From the NCBI GenBank assembly GCA_001949185.1, contig BDGG01000012.1, positions 1,294,973 to 1,358,972 of the forward strand: DNA of 64,000 nucleotides. The letters are read 5' to 3'. The stretch comes from Ramazzottius varieornatus (Eukaryota; Animalia; Tardigrada). The position numbers and the translations under genes were made by a program. The notes under the pieces were generated by a model. That model ran no database searches. It was not told the origin of the DNA and saw nothing but the letters and a program-made list of their open reading frames with translations. Shown here piece by piece: positions 37,631 to 51,877 of the stretch (the first letter of the stretch is position 1; each line of letters starts with the position of its first letter).

Positions 37631-40621
37631 CAGTTCTCATATCGCATGACGGTTGGTGCAAGAAGCTTGAGAGTTCACGGCTCAGAACAGTTCGATGGAT
37701 TGATTGAAAAATTGCAGTATGCTTGTGCACGAGCTACGGCAGGTGCGCATGCGAAAGCCTACCGTAGTCTGTTGGAGGTCCTGGTGACTGCCGCGCCTTA
37801 TGGGTGGAGCCTGTGGTCCATCGGCAGCGGACGCGCTTTCTTTCCAGATCACCATGTCTGCCTGACTTGCCTCGAACTCCACAGCTTTCGGTCTCTCTCC
37901 ATCAAATCGATTCCATGCTTCCGCACAGCTGTCGACTGCTCCAACATCCATCAATGACCGTCATAACCGTCACGTCTTTCCCGTAAAAGCAGCTGATTTC
38001 TCTTTGTGTGAATGCACGGCGGTGAGGACTTGAGGTAACCGTGCGATGCTCGGGCTTTTGACGCCTTTTGTTCTTCCTTCCATATGCTGTTTAGTTTCTC
38101 ATTGTTCTCTTTCTCAGTAATGCCCGTCGGGAGCAGCTTTGTGCCATCCGAATCTGTCGAAGTGACTCGAGAAGTTCCTCCTGAATTCTCTACCGTCTTT
38201 CTGGACTAGAGCTGTATTCGTCATCGGATACACACCGGAAGTCGAGTTGGAATATGCCTGCATGGGACCTGCTGAATCATCTCATCTTCAGGTGAATTAG
38301 ATCATGAGTTCTTTGTCAGTGCTTTACGAAATAGTAAATCCAAGTATAAGGTGATTCATGTCATATTTTTGTTGTGTATGTTGAATTCCATCTGGCTGTC
38401 GTTTAGGGGTTGTCTTTAGCCTTTAGGTCTCCGAAACGAACCGGAAGCTCTCCGTGCCCAGATAGCTAACGTGATAGTGCCTAGCAAGTTGGATGCTTAA
38501 AGGACAGGAATGTACTTCAGTTAGATGCCCGGTCTTACTTTTGTTGGGATTTCCGTAGGCTGAATTATGCAAGGGATCGAATAGTGATGCTCCGTCGACG
38601 GCAAATTTTCGTTTCCTTGTTTAAACTAGAGCTCTAAGCTGTCAATTTATGCGAGACGTTGTTTGATGATGCCGCGGAATCAGACTTGGACGGCTTATTT
38701 TTGTGTTTGCTCTTCAAGGTCTCATGGATCGGTTCAGCGACTAGCGAGCCGCTTACATCAGGTTTAACGCACTCTCCGTTCAATTCTCGCTCGAACAACC
38801 GTTAGCGGAACGTCTAGTCACTCCTCACGAGAAACGCAGATGGAAGAGATCTCTACCTTTCAGACTTTCCAGTTTGTCAACAGCGAAGTTAAACAAGACA
38901 GGAGCGACGTCTTTCAGGTGCTGATATGATTCACCTCTGTTTACCATTCCAGGTTCTTCCCAGAGACCCAAGCCGCAGTTCCCACATCAACCGGCGCATT
39001 CGTTTGTCTGCTTTTCCGCACTCGAATTACGTTCACGGTATACTCTTGTCGTTTTTTTTCCATGGATATGTGGTAATAGACCAGAGTGATTTCGAAAATG
39101 GTGGGTCTCTGGGGAAAACCTCGCTATGATATGCGAGTGGAGATGATAAGTGGGTTCGTTACACCATTCATCGCGTGCCGTCGACCAGAGGCGTCCTTGA
39201 GAGACTTTTCCAGAAAGCACACAGTGCATGTGGGAGTTGGTGAATGAGTTTTACAGCGGTCGCTGCATGGCGAGGATGCGACAAAGTTGATGGCTAGAAC
39301 GTAAGAGTCCTCATGACAATGTTGCCTGCGTGCTCGAATCTTTACGCAACGGACTTCCTATACGTATCTCGAACATTCCATTCAAGCGGGCTCCGAACTT
39401 AGCTCCAGTAGATTTCCGTGTAACCGGGTTATCGATCGAATAATGATTGGTAATGCGTGCCAAGGATGCGAGTGCCTCCGGTTCCCATCAACGATGGATG
39501 CATGATCAAGGACGGTGGTTAGCGGCTTGGAAATCTCAGATTCAGTTGTCTCTCCTCGTCAGTGGGAGCTTCCCCACAAATTAGATGATCGTCTGTTTAG
39601 AGAAGAGAAGACTATCGGTTTAAAGTTTTTCTGATGCAGGGGTGAACCCGCCCATTGGGAAGATTGCAAGGACCTTGTAACTTTTATTGATTTCTTCCCG
39701 AATAACGGAACTTGCAGTCACACCCAGCTTTCGACCCGATCCCTCTTTGCACTCCACATCTCACATTCGGAGATGTCGAAAAGACTTTCTTAAGGGTGTG
39801 CTTGTTTGTTGTAACTGTTGGATTTGCGCGACTGCTTCACGTAAGAATGTGGCAGTGACCCGCTATGATACCATGTTGAGGTATTGATTGACTTTGAACT
39901 GGCGTGTGACGAATGGGACTGCAGCTGCCCTTCGACGGATGTGACAGCACTTGTTTCGAGCTTAATTGCATCTTTATTGGGTTTTAAAATTAAAAGTGAC
40001 AATGTCAAGGATGGCACACGCTGCTTCGTGTTACGACTTCGAACGTTTGTTCGGCAGCTGTCGAGATCCATCCGCTCTTCTTTAGTGATATAACCGCGTG
40101 TGGACAGTCTTCGATTACAGCCGGAGCTTGCTTATTTGTCGCACGTGGAACTGCTGAATGATATTCAGAATTTGTTTGTGATGATTGGACTTTTGTGAAA
40201 GGCGAAAACGAGAGCGTCAATGGACACGGTAATTCTGTTTGTTTAACGCGATGGCAAAAGCTGGAACGTATAACGGAATGTTTACCGCATAGCCCGGTTA
40301 TATACGTAACGGCTAGTTCTTCCGGTATACGCGCTACTGTTTCATGCAAGTTCGTTACACTGAGGTTTTTGCAGGTCTGAGTAAGCTGATGTTATCGAGC
40401 GGAAGCCGATGCTTACTGCGGTGGACCAGGAAGTGAGCTGCTTACCAACTTTACCCCGTAATGATCCTACAAGTTTCCTTTGAAGATTGACCGATATCGC
40501 CATAGCTACTACAATCGCCGGCTTGTTGAGCCATACGCAGTCCCTAATGTGCTCGTTGTGTTCGCGGCTAGTGTCTGGTTCCTTCGCCTTCGCAGGTACA
40601 GCTTAGGGAGACGGTAGTTAG

Positions 40622-43600
40622 ATGGCGAGTTCGGTGCCGACGATTCCTGATGAGAAACGAGCGGCGGAAGGAAGTGACACGGTAATGCCGTTGGTTCCGC
40701 TGATCCCTGAAAATTCAGTGAGCGTCAATTTCGAACCCAGCACATCCAAGAAGCTGGAGTATGAAATGGAAGAAGAGGAAAAGTGCTCACTACGGGAATG
40801 TGGCATTGATGGATGTCGTCCGGCTTTCATTCAAGGATGCGCTTCCATCAAAAGTTTCACCTTTTTTTGCTGCGTCCTTGTCACCGTCCAGGTAACAGCC
40901 CATTTTCTTTCTCGTACTGTACTTCTATTGGTTTGGCTGAAATCATGCTTTTCTCTAGTTTTACAGGTTGGTAATGTCGTTTCTTATTTCTCGTAGGGTG
41001 TTTTAAGCGGCGGATACCTTCCCTCTGTGATATCAACTCTGGAAAAGCGCTATGATATGCCGAGTGGTCTTGTCTCGCTTATTCCTTCCTCGTACGAAAT
41101 AGGTTCGCAAAAATGACTTTGTAGTTAATATTATTTCGTGTTCAGTTATGATTATGGTTGAATATCGTCCGTAGGTAATTTGATAACGGTGATCTTCGTG
41201 TCATATCTGGGGACCCGGCGGTATATTCCCCGATGGATGGCGATAGGCGTGTTACTCATGGGTATGGGAAGCATCTTGTTTTCCGTCCCGCACTTTATGA
41301 CCGACAAGTACGAAGGTGGGACTGTCAGTCTTGCTAACGGAAACCTGAGCGACCTTATCCAAGACACCATCTGCCAGCCCAGCGAACCGACAAGGACCGG
41401 TTCCAGTATCTTGGAAGCCCTCATCACTTTCCAGCAAACCCATAATTTGAGGAAACCTAGCAAATGCCAATCAGGAGACGACCAGAACGTCATCTCAACA
41501 ACTAACAGGATGTACATAGGTATCTTCATAGCTGCGCAAGTCATGATGGGAGGTGGAGGATCGCCAATCTTCACTTTAGGTACTTCCCAACATCTGACCA
41601 GTAACCAATGATAAATACCAACGAGTTTTTTCTCGATGGTTGCAGGTTCGACCTACATCGACGACCATGTGAAGAAGGAAAACTCGGCCATGTATTTGGG
41701 TAAGCACTTCTTTTTTGCAAACGACAAAGCCTGGGTTTTTCACGCACCAGCATACACTGAAACCCAGTTGTATGCGTTGCGTCAGTACGCAGTCGCGTGA
41801 CGGGAGGTTAAGTGCCGGCTTTGCCGGCAGGGATATTTTCGAAGCTTGTCCAGCTGGAAATAAGTGGAGACGGAAGTTTGATTAGAGGAGAGTAACGCTG
41901 ATTTTTGAGAAGCGGAATGCATTCACAGCTGATGTAAGTTTATGTGATCCATAAATCTGACACGATCCGAAAGGGAGACACGCTTGGATAAGGTAGTTCG
42001 TGACATATGTTTGTCATCGGTTCGGCTGAAGCGATTATGATATATTAATGGCAATCGAGCGTAAAAGCTCGAAGTATTGGACAGATGAAGTTTAATCAGA
42101 TTGTTTGTTTAACAGGAGTACTGTACACTTGCATAGCTCTTGGGTAAGAAACTTTGGTCCTTGGGGTTTTATGGTTCAACCTGATGTCCTCGTTTTCATC
42201 GATTGTCTTTGCAGTCCGGTCCTGGGCTTCCTCCTCGGTGGGTTCTTGCTTCGGATACACGTGGACACCATTTCCCTGGACGACAATAGCTACAATGTGG
42301 ATATCAGTTCACCCAACTGGATTGGTGCTTGGTGGGGTACGTTGACGACAATCCCTAGTGGCTGAAATGTCCTGAGAAGTAAAAACCAAATTAAATTGAT
42401 ACAAAACGAAATAAATCTCAAAATGATATTTCAACTCTGAACTTTTATTTTTCGTTTGTCCGGGATATTGTGAGTTTACGTACTCGTACGTGATGGGTTC
42501 TAGGTGGGTTCTTGTTTTGCGGATGTCTGCTGCTCAGTCTCGCCGTTCCCTTCTTCGCCTTTCCGAAGTCCCTGTCCAAAGAAAAGGCGAAGGTCTTGCT
42601 AACGGACAAGGAAAAGCAGGTTACCAGCGACCATTTTGCCAATATGGTCGACCGTCCTAAGGATAGTGTCGAGAAGGACGCGAAAGAATACGGACAAGAC
42701 ATAAGAGGCAAGTACTACTTGTCGACGTTCGATACGGTGACTTGATGGCGAACTCAGCGCGTTATTATCCTTGAACAAACATTGCTGTAAAATTCTAGGG
42801 ATCGGGGAAGCTCTCTACAAGCTCTTGTCGAACAATGTTTACACTGTGACGTCCTTGGCGGCGTGCGCCGAGCTGGTAATCGTGAGTGGGTGAGTGTCGC
42901 GGTTCGTTCTCTGGGTCCATACATAATTACATATCCAAAAATGAGCCTGTGGAATTGATGTGCTCCCCTTCTTTTCCTGTTCAATACAGATTTTTGGTGT
43001 TTTTACCTAAATACTTGGAAACGCAGTTTGGCGTGAGCAAAGCAGATGCTAATGTGCTGATCGGTGAGTAGTGTACTCAGTATTTAGCAGTTATGCAAGG
43101 CAATGAATTTCTTGTGTCAATATGTAAAGTTCGCTGATCTGTTTTCCAGGAGGTGTTTGCATGCCCGGCGCGTGCTTTGGGATCTTGGTGGGAGGCTGGC
43201 TGTTGAAAAAGCTGGAGTTGCAACCGATCGGCGCTGTTCGCCTGCTCATAACCTGCAACCTGGTTTGCTTGACCATGTTCTCCGCACTGATCGTGTTCGG
43301 ATGCGATAACATCAAGATCGCGGGAGCCACCACAGACTATCACAAGTATATGATGGTGAATTTCTGTTAGGAAGTGAAACTGATTTCCGAAACAGTCAAG
43401 GAAATTTTGCCATGTTTATCCTACTGTTTAGTTCGCCGTCCATGATGAGCGGTCTTTTCCGCGTGAACTTGACATCACCATGTAATATGGGCTGTGGCTG
43501 TTCGGAGAACCAGCTGGAACCTATATGTGGCAGCGATGGGCTGACGTACATCAGTCCCTGTCATGCCGGATGCAAGCAGTTCGACCATACAGGAGCCTTT

Positions 43601-44504
43601 CACAACTTGCAAGCGAACTTCTCGGACTGTTCCTGCATCCCTCATGACCACCTCACAAACAGCGCGCATGAGATTTCTGTAAAGCCTCTCGCAACTACGG
43701 GGGCTTGCCCACGCCAGTGCGATATGCTGATTCCGTTCATCGTCTTGGTTTTCATCATGTCGTTCACCGTCGCAGTGGCGCAAATGCCGGTACGTCGACC
43801 GAAGTGCAAGTGTTCATATTATGACAGCTCTTTGACGAGTTTGCTGTGTTTTACAGATTCTGATGCTCACAATGAGAACTGTCGCTCTGGAAGAAAGATC
43901 GTTGGCGATAGGTCTGCAGTTCGTCTTCTTCCGTCTTCTTGGTAAGAACAGGGCTCCTTTCTTGACGCCATCGGGGTTTACTTGACATAAATGTCTGTAT
44001 TGCAGCATATATTCCGGCACCTATCGTTTTTGGGTAGGTTTCTCCCCGAATACATAGGCAAATTAGAGGCCGAACAGAAGTTCAAAACTGTTCCGTTGGT
44101 TTTGCAGGAATTTGATCGACACGACATGCCTGTTATGGAGGACGCCCGACTGCAAATCGTCTTCCGGCGGTTGCCTGTTGTACGACATCGAGATGTTCCG
44201 GTTCAAGTATATCGGGATCGGTGCCGGTTTCAAAGTAATAGCTTTGCTCTTGTTCTCGTTGGACTACTGGCTCATTCGAAGAAGAATGCGGGTCCTTCAA
44301 TCGCAAGAGCAAGCCGAGTTTCCGGGTACTGCGATGTCGCCAACGCAGGTGATGGCCATCTCACTAACATGTCTGAGGTGTACTGATCATAAACCTTGCG
44401 GCAAGAAGTGTAGGAGGAAGAGTGATCATCAAGCCAAAAGGCCGCGACGTACGAGTTTTACCAGTCTCCCCGGAGATCTTACGAACGGATCGTCGGAGGC
44501 TTAG
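40622..44504 (+). CDS. Organic anion transporting polypeptide (SLCO/OATP family, SLCO5A1/Oatp30B-like)
   Basis: STLEKRY, SSYEIG, GGSPIFTLGSTYIDDHV, signature SPNWIGAWW, FLPKYLETQF, Kazal-like CNMGCGC..PICGSDGLTYISPCHAGC, IDTTCLLW..GCLLYD. Confidence 0.92.
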
Positions 44505-45541
44505 AGGGTTTCCGCGTTATAGTTGCACCGTCTACTCTGCTTTCACCTCGTAGGCCACTTTCTAGTTTTAATTTAAGTTGGATTTTACCTTGGATACCTC
44601 GTTTTGCGGATCCCGTATTTTATGATGTTCCTCCGGCTTCCGCAAATTGCAATCTTGGAAACCTTAGCAGTTCGACCTCTTTCACCCGAGTACGTAGCCT
44701 TCTGGGGACTCTTGATCGTTTTTTAATTCTGTGATATATTCTTGTTTTATACATTAGAACCTTGACTCTGCTTGTGTTCTTCTCGAAATTAAATTCTTCG
44801 GTGAAGGATTGTTCGAGTTTTTCGGACGGAAGAAAATCCAGAACGCTGGTAGAAAGCTGCGTTGGGTTCTCAGAGCTTGTTTGGCTCTCGAGACTCGTAC
44901 TCGCCTTGCCATGGAAAGCTAAGTCAACTCGATTGCCTGACTCAACTTTCCATATCGAATTAGCAAGCTGGATGGCGCTCTGGTGTCCTCGTTGGGCAGC
45001 ACGACAAGAGATTAGGCGCAGTGAAAAAATCACATCACGGTTTGTCAAGCTTGCCCAGCTGATGTTTTGACCTGATTGTCTGATTGTTGTGTTCGTGTTC
45101 AAACTTCAAATCTCAAAGTGCGAGGAAAACGTCGTTTATCTCTTCCTCTTGTTCTGCGGACAGTATCCGCCTGAGCTTTCTAGTCGGAGGATCACTGCGT
45201 TCTGAAGTACTCGAAACTCATCGGACTTGCTTGGTAGGGGTGGATCAACCTGCGTGGACTGCGATTAGTCGGCTGCAAATACGCACCTCCGTAAGTCTGT
45301 TCTGGCGGAAACGCCTGCAAATTTGTACCGAGTAAGAGTCCTTCGACTTCAAACTGAGCAGGTCTGAGTTTACTTGGCCTTCGTTATCGGCTGAACAAAG
45401 AGCCAAGTGCGATCGAGCCTTGGACAGGGGAAGGGTTGGACCGTTGGAAACGCGCAGTAATGTTGTAGAGTTGAAGTCAAGCCAAATCTGTATCCATCTT
45501 CCGTTTCAGATTATCTTAATTCCCGTTTCAAGATCGCCGTC

Positions 45542-48500
45542 ATGGAATGTCACCCGTCGCAAGAAAGCCTCATCAGCCAGAGCTTACCGGTGACGCTCCC
45601 TATTGGGTTTACGAGGCAAGGTACCGTCAGGAACATCTCTCCGTTGCCGACGCCGACCAGAATTCGGAGAGTGACCAAGCCGACTTTCCAGCAAGGGTAA
45701 GTCAGAATGCCTCATCGAAGTGCGTTTGTAGGATGATGCCCCTCTGGTTGCTCGGAGTGAGAGAAAATGGTCTTCGAATCCATCTGCAGTCGGCGTTTAG
45801 CCGAAGGTTCAAACAACTTTACACACACGATATCTGCGTTTTGCTAATTTGCAGACGCGAGTCGCGCGTTCGATGGGTGACGAGGTGGCGATTTCTTCTC
45901 TCCAGTTAAGTTCGGTGGGACTTAGGAGATAGTCAAAACCAAATTAATCAAAAGTGGATTTCCCACCTTTCTGTCCGTGTCGATGGGGGAATTTAAAAAA
46001 TGTTCTTCAGAGACTGATCCACGACGGGCGGGCTTGCAAACTGGAAACTAAAGTAGAAGTTGTTCCCTTGTTGCCGAAGAAGGAAGTTCCATTGAATCCA
46101 TATTCCTTCGGTCGAACGATTGTTGTTCTAAATAGCCAGCACAATTTCATGAGTGAAACCTAGAATTCTTGATCTTTTTGCGTGTAGGAGTACTGCACAG
46201 TATATTTTTTCTCTACCAAACCGGAAGATAGAATAGCCTTGAGTCGTCGTGGTGTTCATTCGACACCTGACACTACGATGCTCTGCGGTCTACTCTAACA
46301 CCACAATTATGTGATACTGCATATGAATACCTGAGAGACTTGTGTACACTATGCACAGTTACTAACTATCAGTGATGTGCTGCTGAAGCGCGCGTCTGCC
46401 GGAGCATGGCAAGCCGAAACGCGCAAAATTAAAATGGTAGGCCATAAATTTACCGGAGCCGGGTCTTGTATATAGGAAACCATGGCATCGAATCCCGGTA
46501 GAAGTGCTTTTTCAAATATCGAGCTAACAGGTGCAGTCAATCAACCAAAGTGTGGTTTTGTTTCTTTTTCATACCCAAGCTGCGGTGGAGGTTGATTGGA
46601 TAATCTTACTTTTCGGTCAGATTAACAATCTGGTACGTCACAGAATGGTTACGTCATGATTGCCCCGCATTATGCTTTGACGCTTATGCTTTGACGTATG
46701 ACATCAAGGATACTTTACGGCGTCCTTCCTTCCAGCAACGCGCGCTTCAGCAGCACATCAGTGCTAACTATAGTTTACCTGTGCATATAATTAGAATTTG
46801 AATTACATACGTGTATGAGTTAATTCCGGAATTTGATGCACGTGCATGAATGCCTGGTGTTGAAAATGGTTCTACCTTAGGTCTTCTGCATGGTCTCGCC
46901 TTAGAGCCTCTTCAAGTCAATGGAACTACCGAGAGCGCTCTCGCAATAAAACCATTAAACGCGGCACGATCAAAGAGCGCTAATTATGTGTGGCTACTCG
47001 CGCATCGAGCAGGGAAAATCCTGTTCAGATTGATCAAGCCTGACTTGCGAGAGCGATCAACATGTCGTAAAATTTCTGAACAGAAATTCTGTCGAGACCG
47101 AACTACATAGCATGCTTAGTTACTTTTCTGAAAACCTGAACTTGATGATGGCACGTATGAATGTTCGTTGTTTCGCCAAGAGCTTTTCCAGACGTTGGAC
47201 GTGCCACCATCCACTTTGTAGCCGTTTTGCTATCATGTGTTTACGTTTGCCCGTGACATGATGCATTCTTGAAATTTTCACTTTGCTATGTGTTTGTTGA
47301 TCTGCTGATCATAATAATATCATATCTTTGTGATATTACTGGAGGATCTGACGGTTAATTACTGGACCGTTATGTCGGTAGAGACCTTCCGTAATCTCAA
47401 ACGCGCAGCTCGACGTGCAGGACATGTTGTTACCGATTTCGGCAGCAGATCATTCCTCACAGTATTCACACTAGAGTGAGATACCGAACACTGCTGACTC
47501 TGATTACAACCAACGAAGTGAACTTCCATCGTTTTCCTGCAGCTAATTTTTTTGTGTTTGTCTTACAGGGCCAACCGTTACCGTCGAGATTCAGAGACAT
47601 CCATTTCTAGCCGCGAAAGTTTGTCACTTCGGGAGCATCCACACCAGCATGGCGATGGACATCAGCACAGCCACGAAACCTCCAACAGCTCGATCGTCAG
47701 TCACGAACACTGCCACGCTCCAGATTTTGATAAGTCATCCACCCGGTCAGCTCGAAGGAAGCTCATGTTGGCTTCTGTCCTGTGCCTAATTTTCATGATC
47801 GGAGAAGTCATAGGTCAATTCATCCTCCTCCTGTCGACTCGCCGGACGCTTAGCTTGTACTGCTTCCATTTTCTAGGTGGTTCTATGGCAAAGAGCCTGG
47901 CTATACTGACAGACGCAGCGCATCTCCTAACAGATTTTGCCTCCTTCATGATCAGCCTGTTTTCTTTGTGGCTGGCTTCCAGACCAGCGACCAAGCGGAT
48001 GAGCTTTGGATGGCATCGAGCTGGTGTGTGCAAAGATCAGGCTACGATGCTGTCGGATTTTGGACATTGACTTCGGACTGTTTTGTTCTTGCAGAGGTTA
48101 TTGGTGCGTTAACATCAGTGATCATGATATGGGCTATAACTGGGATACTCATCTACGAGGCAATTGAAAGAATTCGCACTGGACAGTACGATCTGGACCC
48201 GGTGACGGGAAGGTACAAGATTGACTCGAAGGAAGCGGACATTATGTTGATAACTGCAGGTGTTGGCGTGGCCTTCAACATTATGTAAGATTTGGTGAAA
48301 GCTGCAGCTTCTTTCCGCAATGGCATTGCTGACTTTTAAGAACTGAACGAAAACATTTGCTTTTCCTTTTGGCAGAATGGGGATTACGCTGCACGACGTC
48401 AGTCACCATCACGGCCATTCGCACGGACACGACCACGAGCACGGACATTCGCATGGTCACAACCATGGGTCCTCGCAGGGCTCGCACTCCCATTCGCATG

Positions 48501-49329
48501 ATCATGGCTCGCATAATCATGGCCACAACCATAGCCATGGGCATAGCCATTCACATGGTCCTCTGGATAACAACACGGAAGTCTCGCACTCCCATGTCAT
48601 TACGGCTGGTCCTGCAAACGGAAATGTCCATGCTGGACATTCGCATGGCCACGGCGCAAATATCAACGTAAGAGAAGTTCCCAGTACGTAAATGGTACGG
48701 TCGATTCTCAACGGGCTCTTGTTTCTTTGCAGGTACGGGCAGCTTTCATCCATGTGCTCGGTGATCTCTTCCAAAGCGTTGGTGTCCTCATCGCGGCCTA
48801 CGTGATTAAGTACAAGGTATGTAATTGGCATTCGGCACCCCTGACTGAGAGGTGAGTTTGATAGAATATATATTTCCAGCCGGAGTGGGGCGTTGTCGAT
48901 GCCATCTGCACCTTCCTTTTCTCGATTCTCGTACTGTTCACAACCGTCCAGATCATGCGAGAAACGCTGACGGTCCTAATGGAAGGTATCCCGGTGGGAC
49001 TAGACTACAACGCCATCCGCGACTCGCTACAGTCCGTGCCTGGAGTCACCAAGCTTCATAACCTCCGCATATGGGCGTTAACCATGGACAAGATCGCCCT
49101 CAGCGCCCATCTAGCCATACGTAACTGTACCTCTTTCTGGAAAAAGTCTTTCGAAATCAGTGTTGAAGAGCTTTTTGCTACAGAACCCGGTGCCAAGACG
49201 CAAGAAGTCCTACAGTTGGCCCTGATTCGCCTGAGGACTGACTACAACATTCACGAAGCCACGTTGCAAGTGGAAGACTACCACGAGATGATGAATGACT
49301 GCACGCGTTGTAAGGAGCCAGCAGATTAG
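45542..49329 (+). CDS. Zinc transporter, SLC30/ZnT2-3-8 type (CDF family), with a long His-rich loop; first exon uncertain (45542 or 47372)
   Basis: HCH motif, [14 protein letters not shown] (TM2), [23 protein letters not shown] (TM5), [22 protein letters not shown]. Core exons span 47569-49329. Confidence 0.92.
46370..46763. mobile_element. hAT-type non-autonomous element (394 bp) with an 8-bp target-site duplication
   Basis: TIRs cagtgatgtgctgctgaagcgcgcgt / acgcgcgcttcagcagcacatcagtg. Identical ctaactat at 46362-46369 and 46764-46771. Internal ttatgctttgacg repeat. Confidence 0.85.
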
Positions 49330-51033
49330 TTCCTTGGTATGCAGCTTTGCGTTGCTCAACTTGGTATGTTTTTTATCTTCTCGTCGGCTTTTATAAGTTG
49401 CAGGTTTTTTTATTGACGATTTAATTTCGAGTTTCACAATGGAGAGAACTCTTTTAATTCCGGCAAACTGCTTTCATCGAGTACCTTTCCCCCAACAGCC
49501 TTCATGATCTGTGATTTTTTAACGTTGGTTTTTCGACTAGCCTTATGTTTCTCAAAATAATATTCCGAACCAAGGTGCTCAGAATGAACCCTCGAATGAA
49601 GCAATGAGGGACTGAAATTTGAAATGTCCATTTCGTCCGAATTACGACAGAAATCCTACAAATTTTTCTTTTGGGAGTAGCGGCTGCTCATATTCCGCGT
49701 TAGGTTTTCCATGAGAGCGATCTGGAGAGAACGAACGATAAATGCTTAGATTTTTCCATGGAGTTTCGGAAGGAAGCTAAGATATGGGCACGTACGTCCT
49801 TTTTGGTCATCGTTTGCGACCTTGGGATGCTGGGAGGCCTTAGGTCCATGTCCATGAAGGTTTGCAATCGAAGCGCATCGATAGCGTTTTCTTGACCACC
49901 GATCAAGACTTGATTTTCTATTTCCTTCGCACAAACCAAAAACGAATCTGAATTATACGGTTTTTAATTGTAGCGTAGAATTACTTAGCCGACCTTCATC
50001 CTTTGCTCGCGAAACTGGCCGTGAGATAAACGTAGTTTGGCTGAGAGGTATCTGAAATAACAATGCGCGGAATGGTTCTTCGGAAGAAACCCGGGAACAT
50101 GGGTAAGACAGATAAATGCTTATCCGACCATCCGTTCCACAAAACGCTACGGGCACAGCATGACAAGAGAGTCTTACGAGGGGTGGTCAACTGTGGTAGT
50201 TTTGCGTTGAGAAGTCTTTGGCGCCACTTCCGGCAGAGCGCGGGATCCCAAACGTCCAGTCGTGCCAACGGGCGCCTCTGCCGGCGTTGTCCGTCGCTCC
50301 ATACGGATACCTCCAGCACCTTCTGCGCTTAATCTACCAAACCGCTATGTTGTGACCGGCTTTGGAACTTTGACGCAAGAACCTCGTCGTTTCTGCCAGC
50401 TTCTCTGTTTTCGTTTCCGGTTTCCAGGCAGTTCTACGCATGAAGATTCCACCTACAGTGAATAGTCCCACACCACACATTTACAGTTGTGCGCGGTGGG
50501 ATCTGACATGTTTCTGAAGAGCACTTCAGAACCAAGTGCACCTGTCGGCCGGCCAAGAACATTCCGCGAAGCAAAGAAACGTTTCGAAGTTCCACTGTCC
50601 CATCTGCGGTCCCGTCCAGAAATAGTAAAACCCTGCTAGCCTGTGGGTGTGGCCTGAGGTTATAGGAGGTACTGATACCGCGGAAAATTTTCGGTTTTGC
50701 GAAAGTTCTCTTGAATCTCTTCCTGTCTCGTCCAGTCCCGTCTTCGTTCAGTGCTCTCACAGCTGCCCGTACAACTTTATGAATCTCAAAACCGCGTGTC
50801 CTTGTATCTGCTTCTAGGTGTTCCCGGCCTGTTCCACAAAGCTCAGTATACCACTTGTCGAGAATGCGCTAGTTGTTGCGGCTGAAGTGTTTGTTCAGCC
50901 TCTAGCCTCCGACTCAGCGTCATTCTTGGCTGCAGTTTTTGGATATCAACCCCACGATCAGGCCTTCGGAGCAGCTGTTTCACGGTAGTCGCACCGTCTG
51001 CGAATCGGGAGGCGGCCACATCGACCGCCAGCT

Positions 51034-51877
51034 ATGAAGTGTAAATCGCCAATCGCGTTGTTTGTGCAGTGTTTGAAGAGCATATGGAGGATTATCTTCG
51101 GAAGGAAACGACTCGCTTCGGGAGAGCTTTCACAGCACGTTCCCGCAACTAATAGCAACAACCTGGTAGGATTTGCGGGAGTTACGGTGGATCATGTGCC
51201 AAGCAGCCATGCAGGCACATCCTCGGTACGATCTACAGATCTGTCTGGATAGAGCATATATACAGTATATATATACGAATGCTTCGGTTATACCAGGGTC
51301 CTGGTTATGCAGTAATAACAGCATAACAGCATGTTGTTTTCACATTTAGGTAACGAACAACAGCTCTTGGCAGGACTGGAATACCGATTTGTCAGCATCG
51401 ACCTGTCGCTATCAGTATCCCTCGTCTGCAGGAGGTGAAGTGCCCACAAATTTCTCACCCGTGGATGCCTGGAGGCAGTCTGTGATCCAGCAGAAAGCTC
51501 AAGCACCAGTCTCAAATGTTGAAGAGGAGATTCACTTCTTCGACGATATGGCTCCTAAAGTGCAGAAGCAGAAGAAGGTACTCGTACGATTACAGCGCGA
51601 CAATGCGGAAACTCTTCTCGCAAAGTAGTCCAGATATCGCATTTTTGCTTTGCAGATATCCCTGAAAGCGTCTAGTGAAGAAGCGCTTCAAAGTAATCCA
51701 AGCCCACGTTTAGCTTTCAACGCGGTAGGAACTGTTAACCTCGGACTTTCGGAATGGGTGGATAACGAGACAGAAAACAACTGGGACGTAGAGGAACTCG
51801 ATCCTCGAGAAGTGCGCAAAGCTAGTAGGAAGCTTGCCAGAGAACACACTTCTGCATCGGGGCATTATGCCTCATAA
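51034..51877 (+). CDS. EBAG9: EBAG9/RCAS1-like protein, 3 exons
   Basis: N-terminal hydrophobic segment followed by GRKRLASG, FFDDMAPKVQKQKKISLK (cf. YFKDMTPTIRKTQKI), SPRLA, LGLSEW..NNWDVEE. Confidence 0.75.

Noticed and set aside
37640-40600. 3-kb gene-poor stretch inspected for tRNA, ncRNA or hidden genes
   Set aside because: No tRNA, rRNA or snRNA signature and no coherent exon chain. It is probably the OATP promoter and 5' UTR introns.
44620-45335. 160-aa minus-strand ORF and a nearby LSAEQEEEINDVF segment resembling an EF-hand protein start
   Set aside because: Non-ATG start, stops immediately flanking, and no consistent splice structure.
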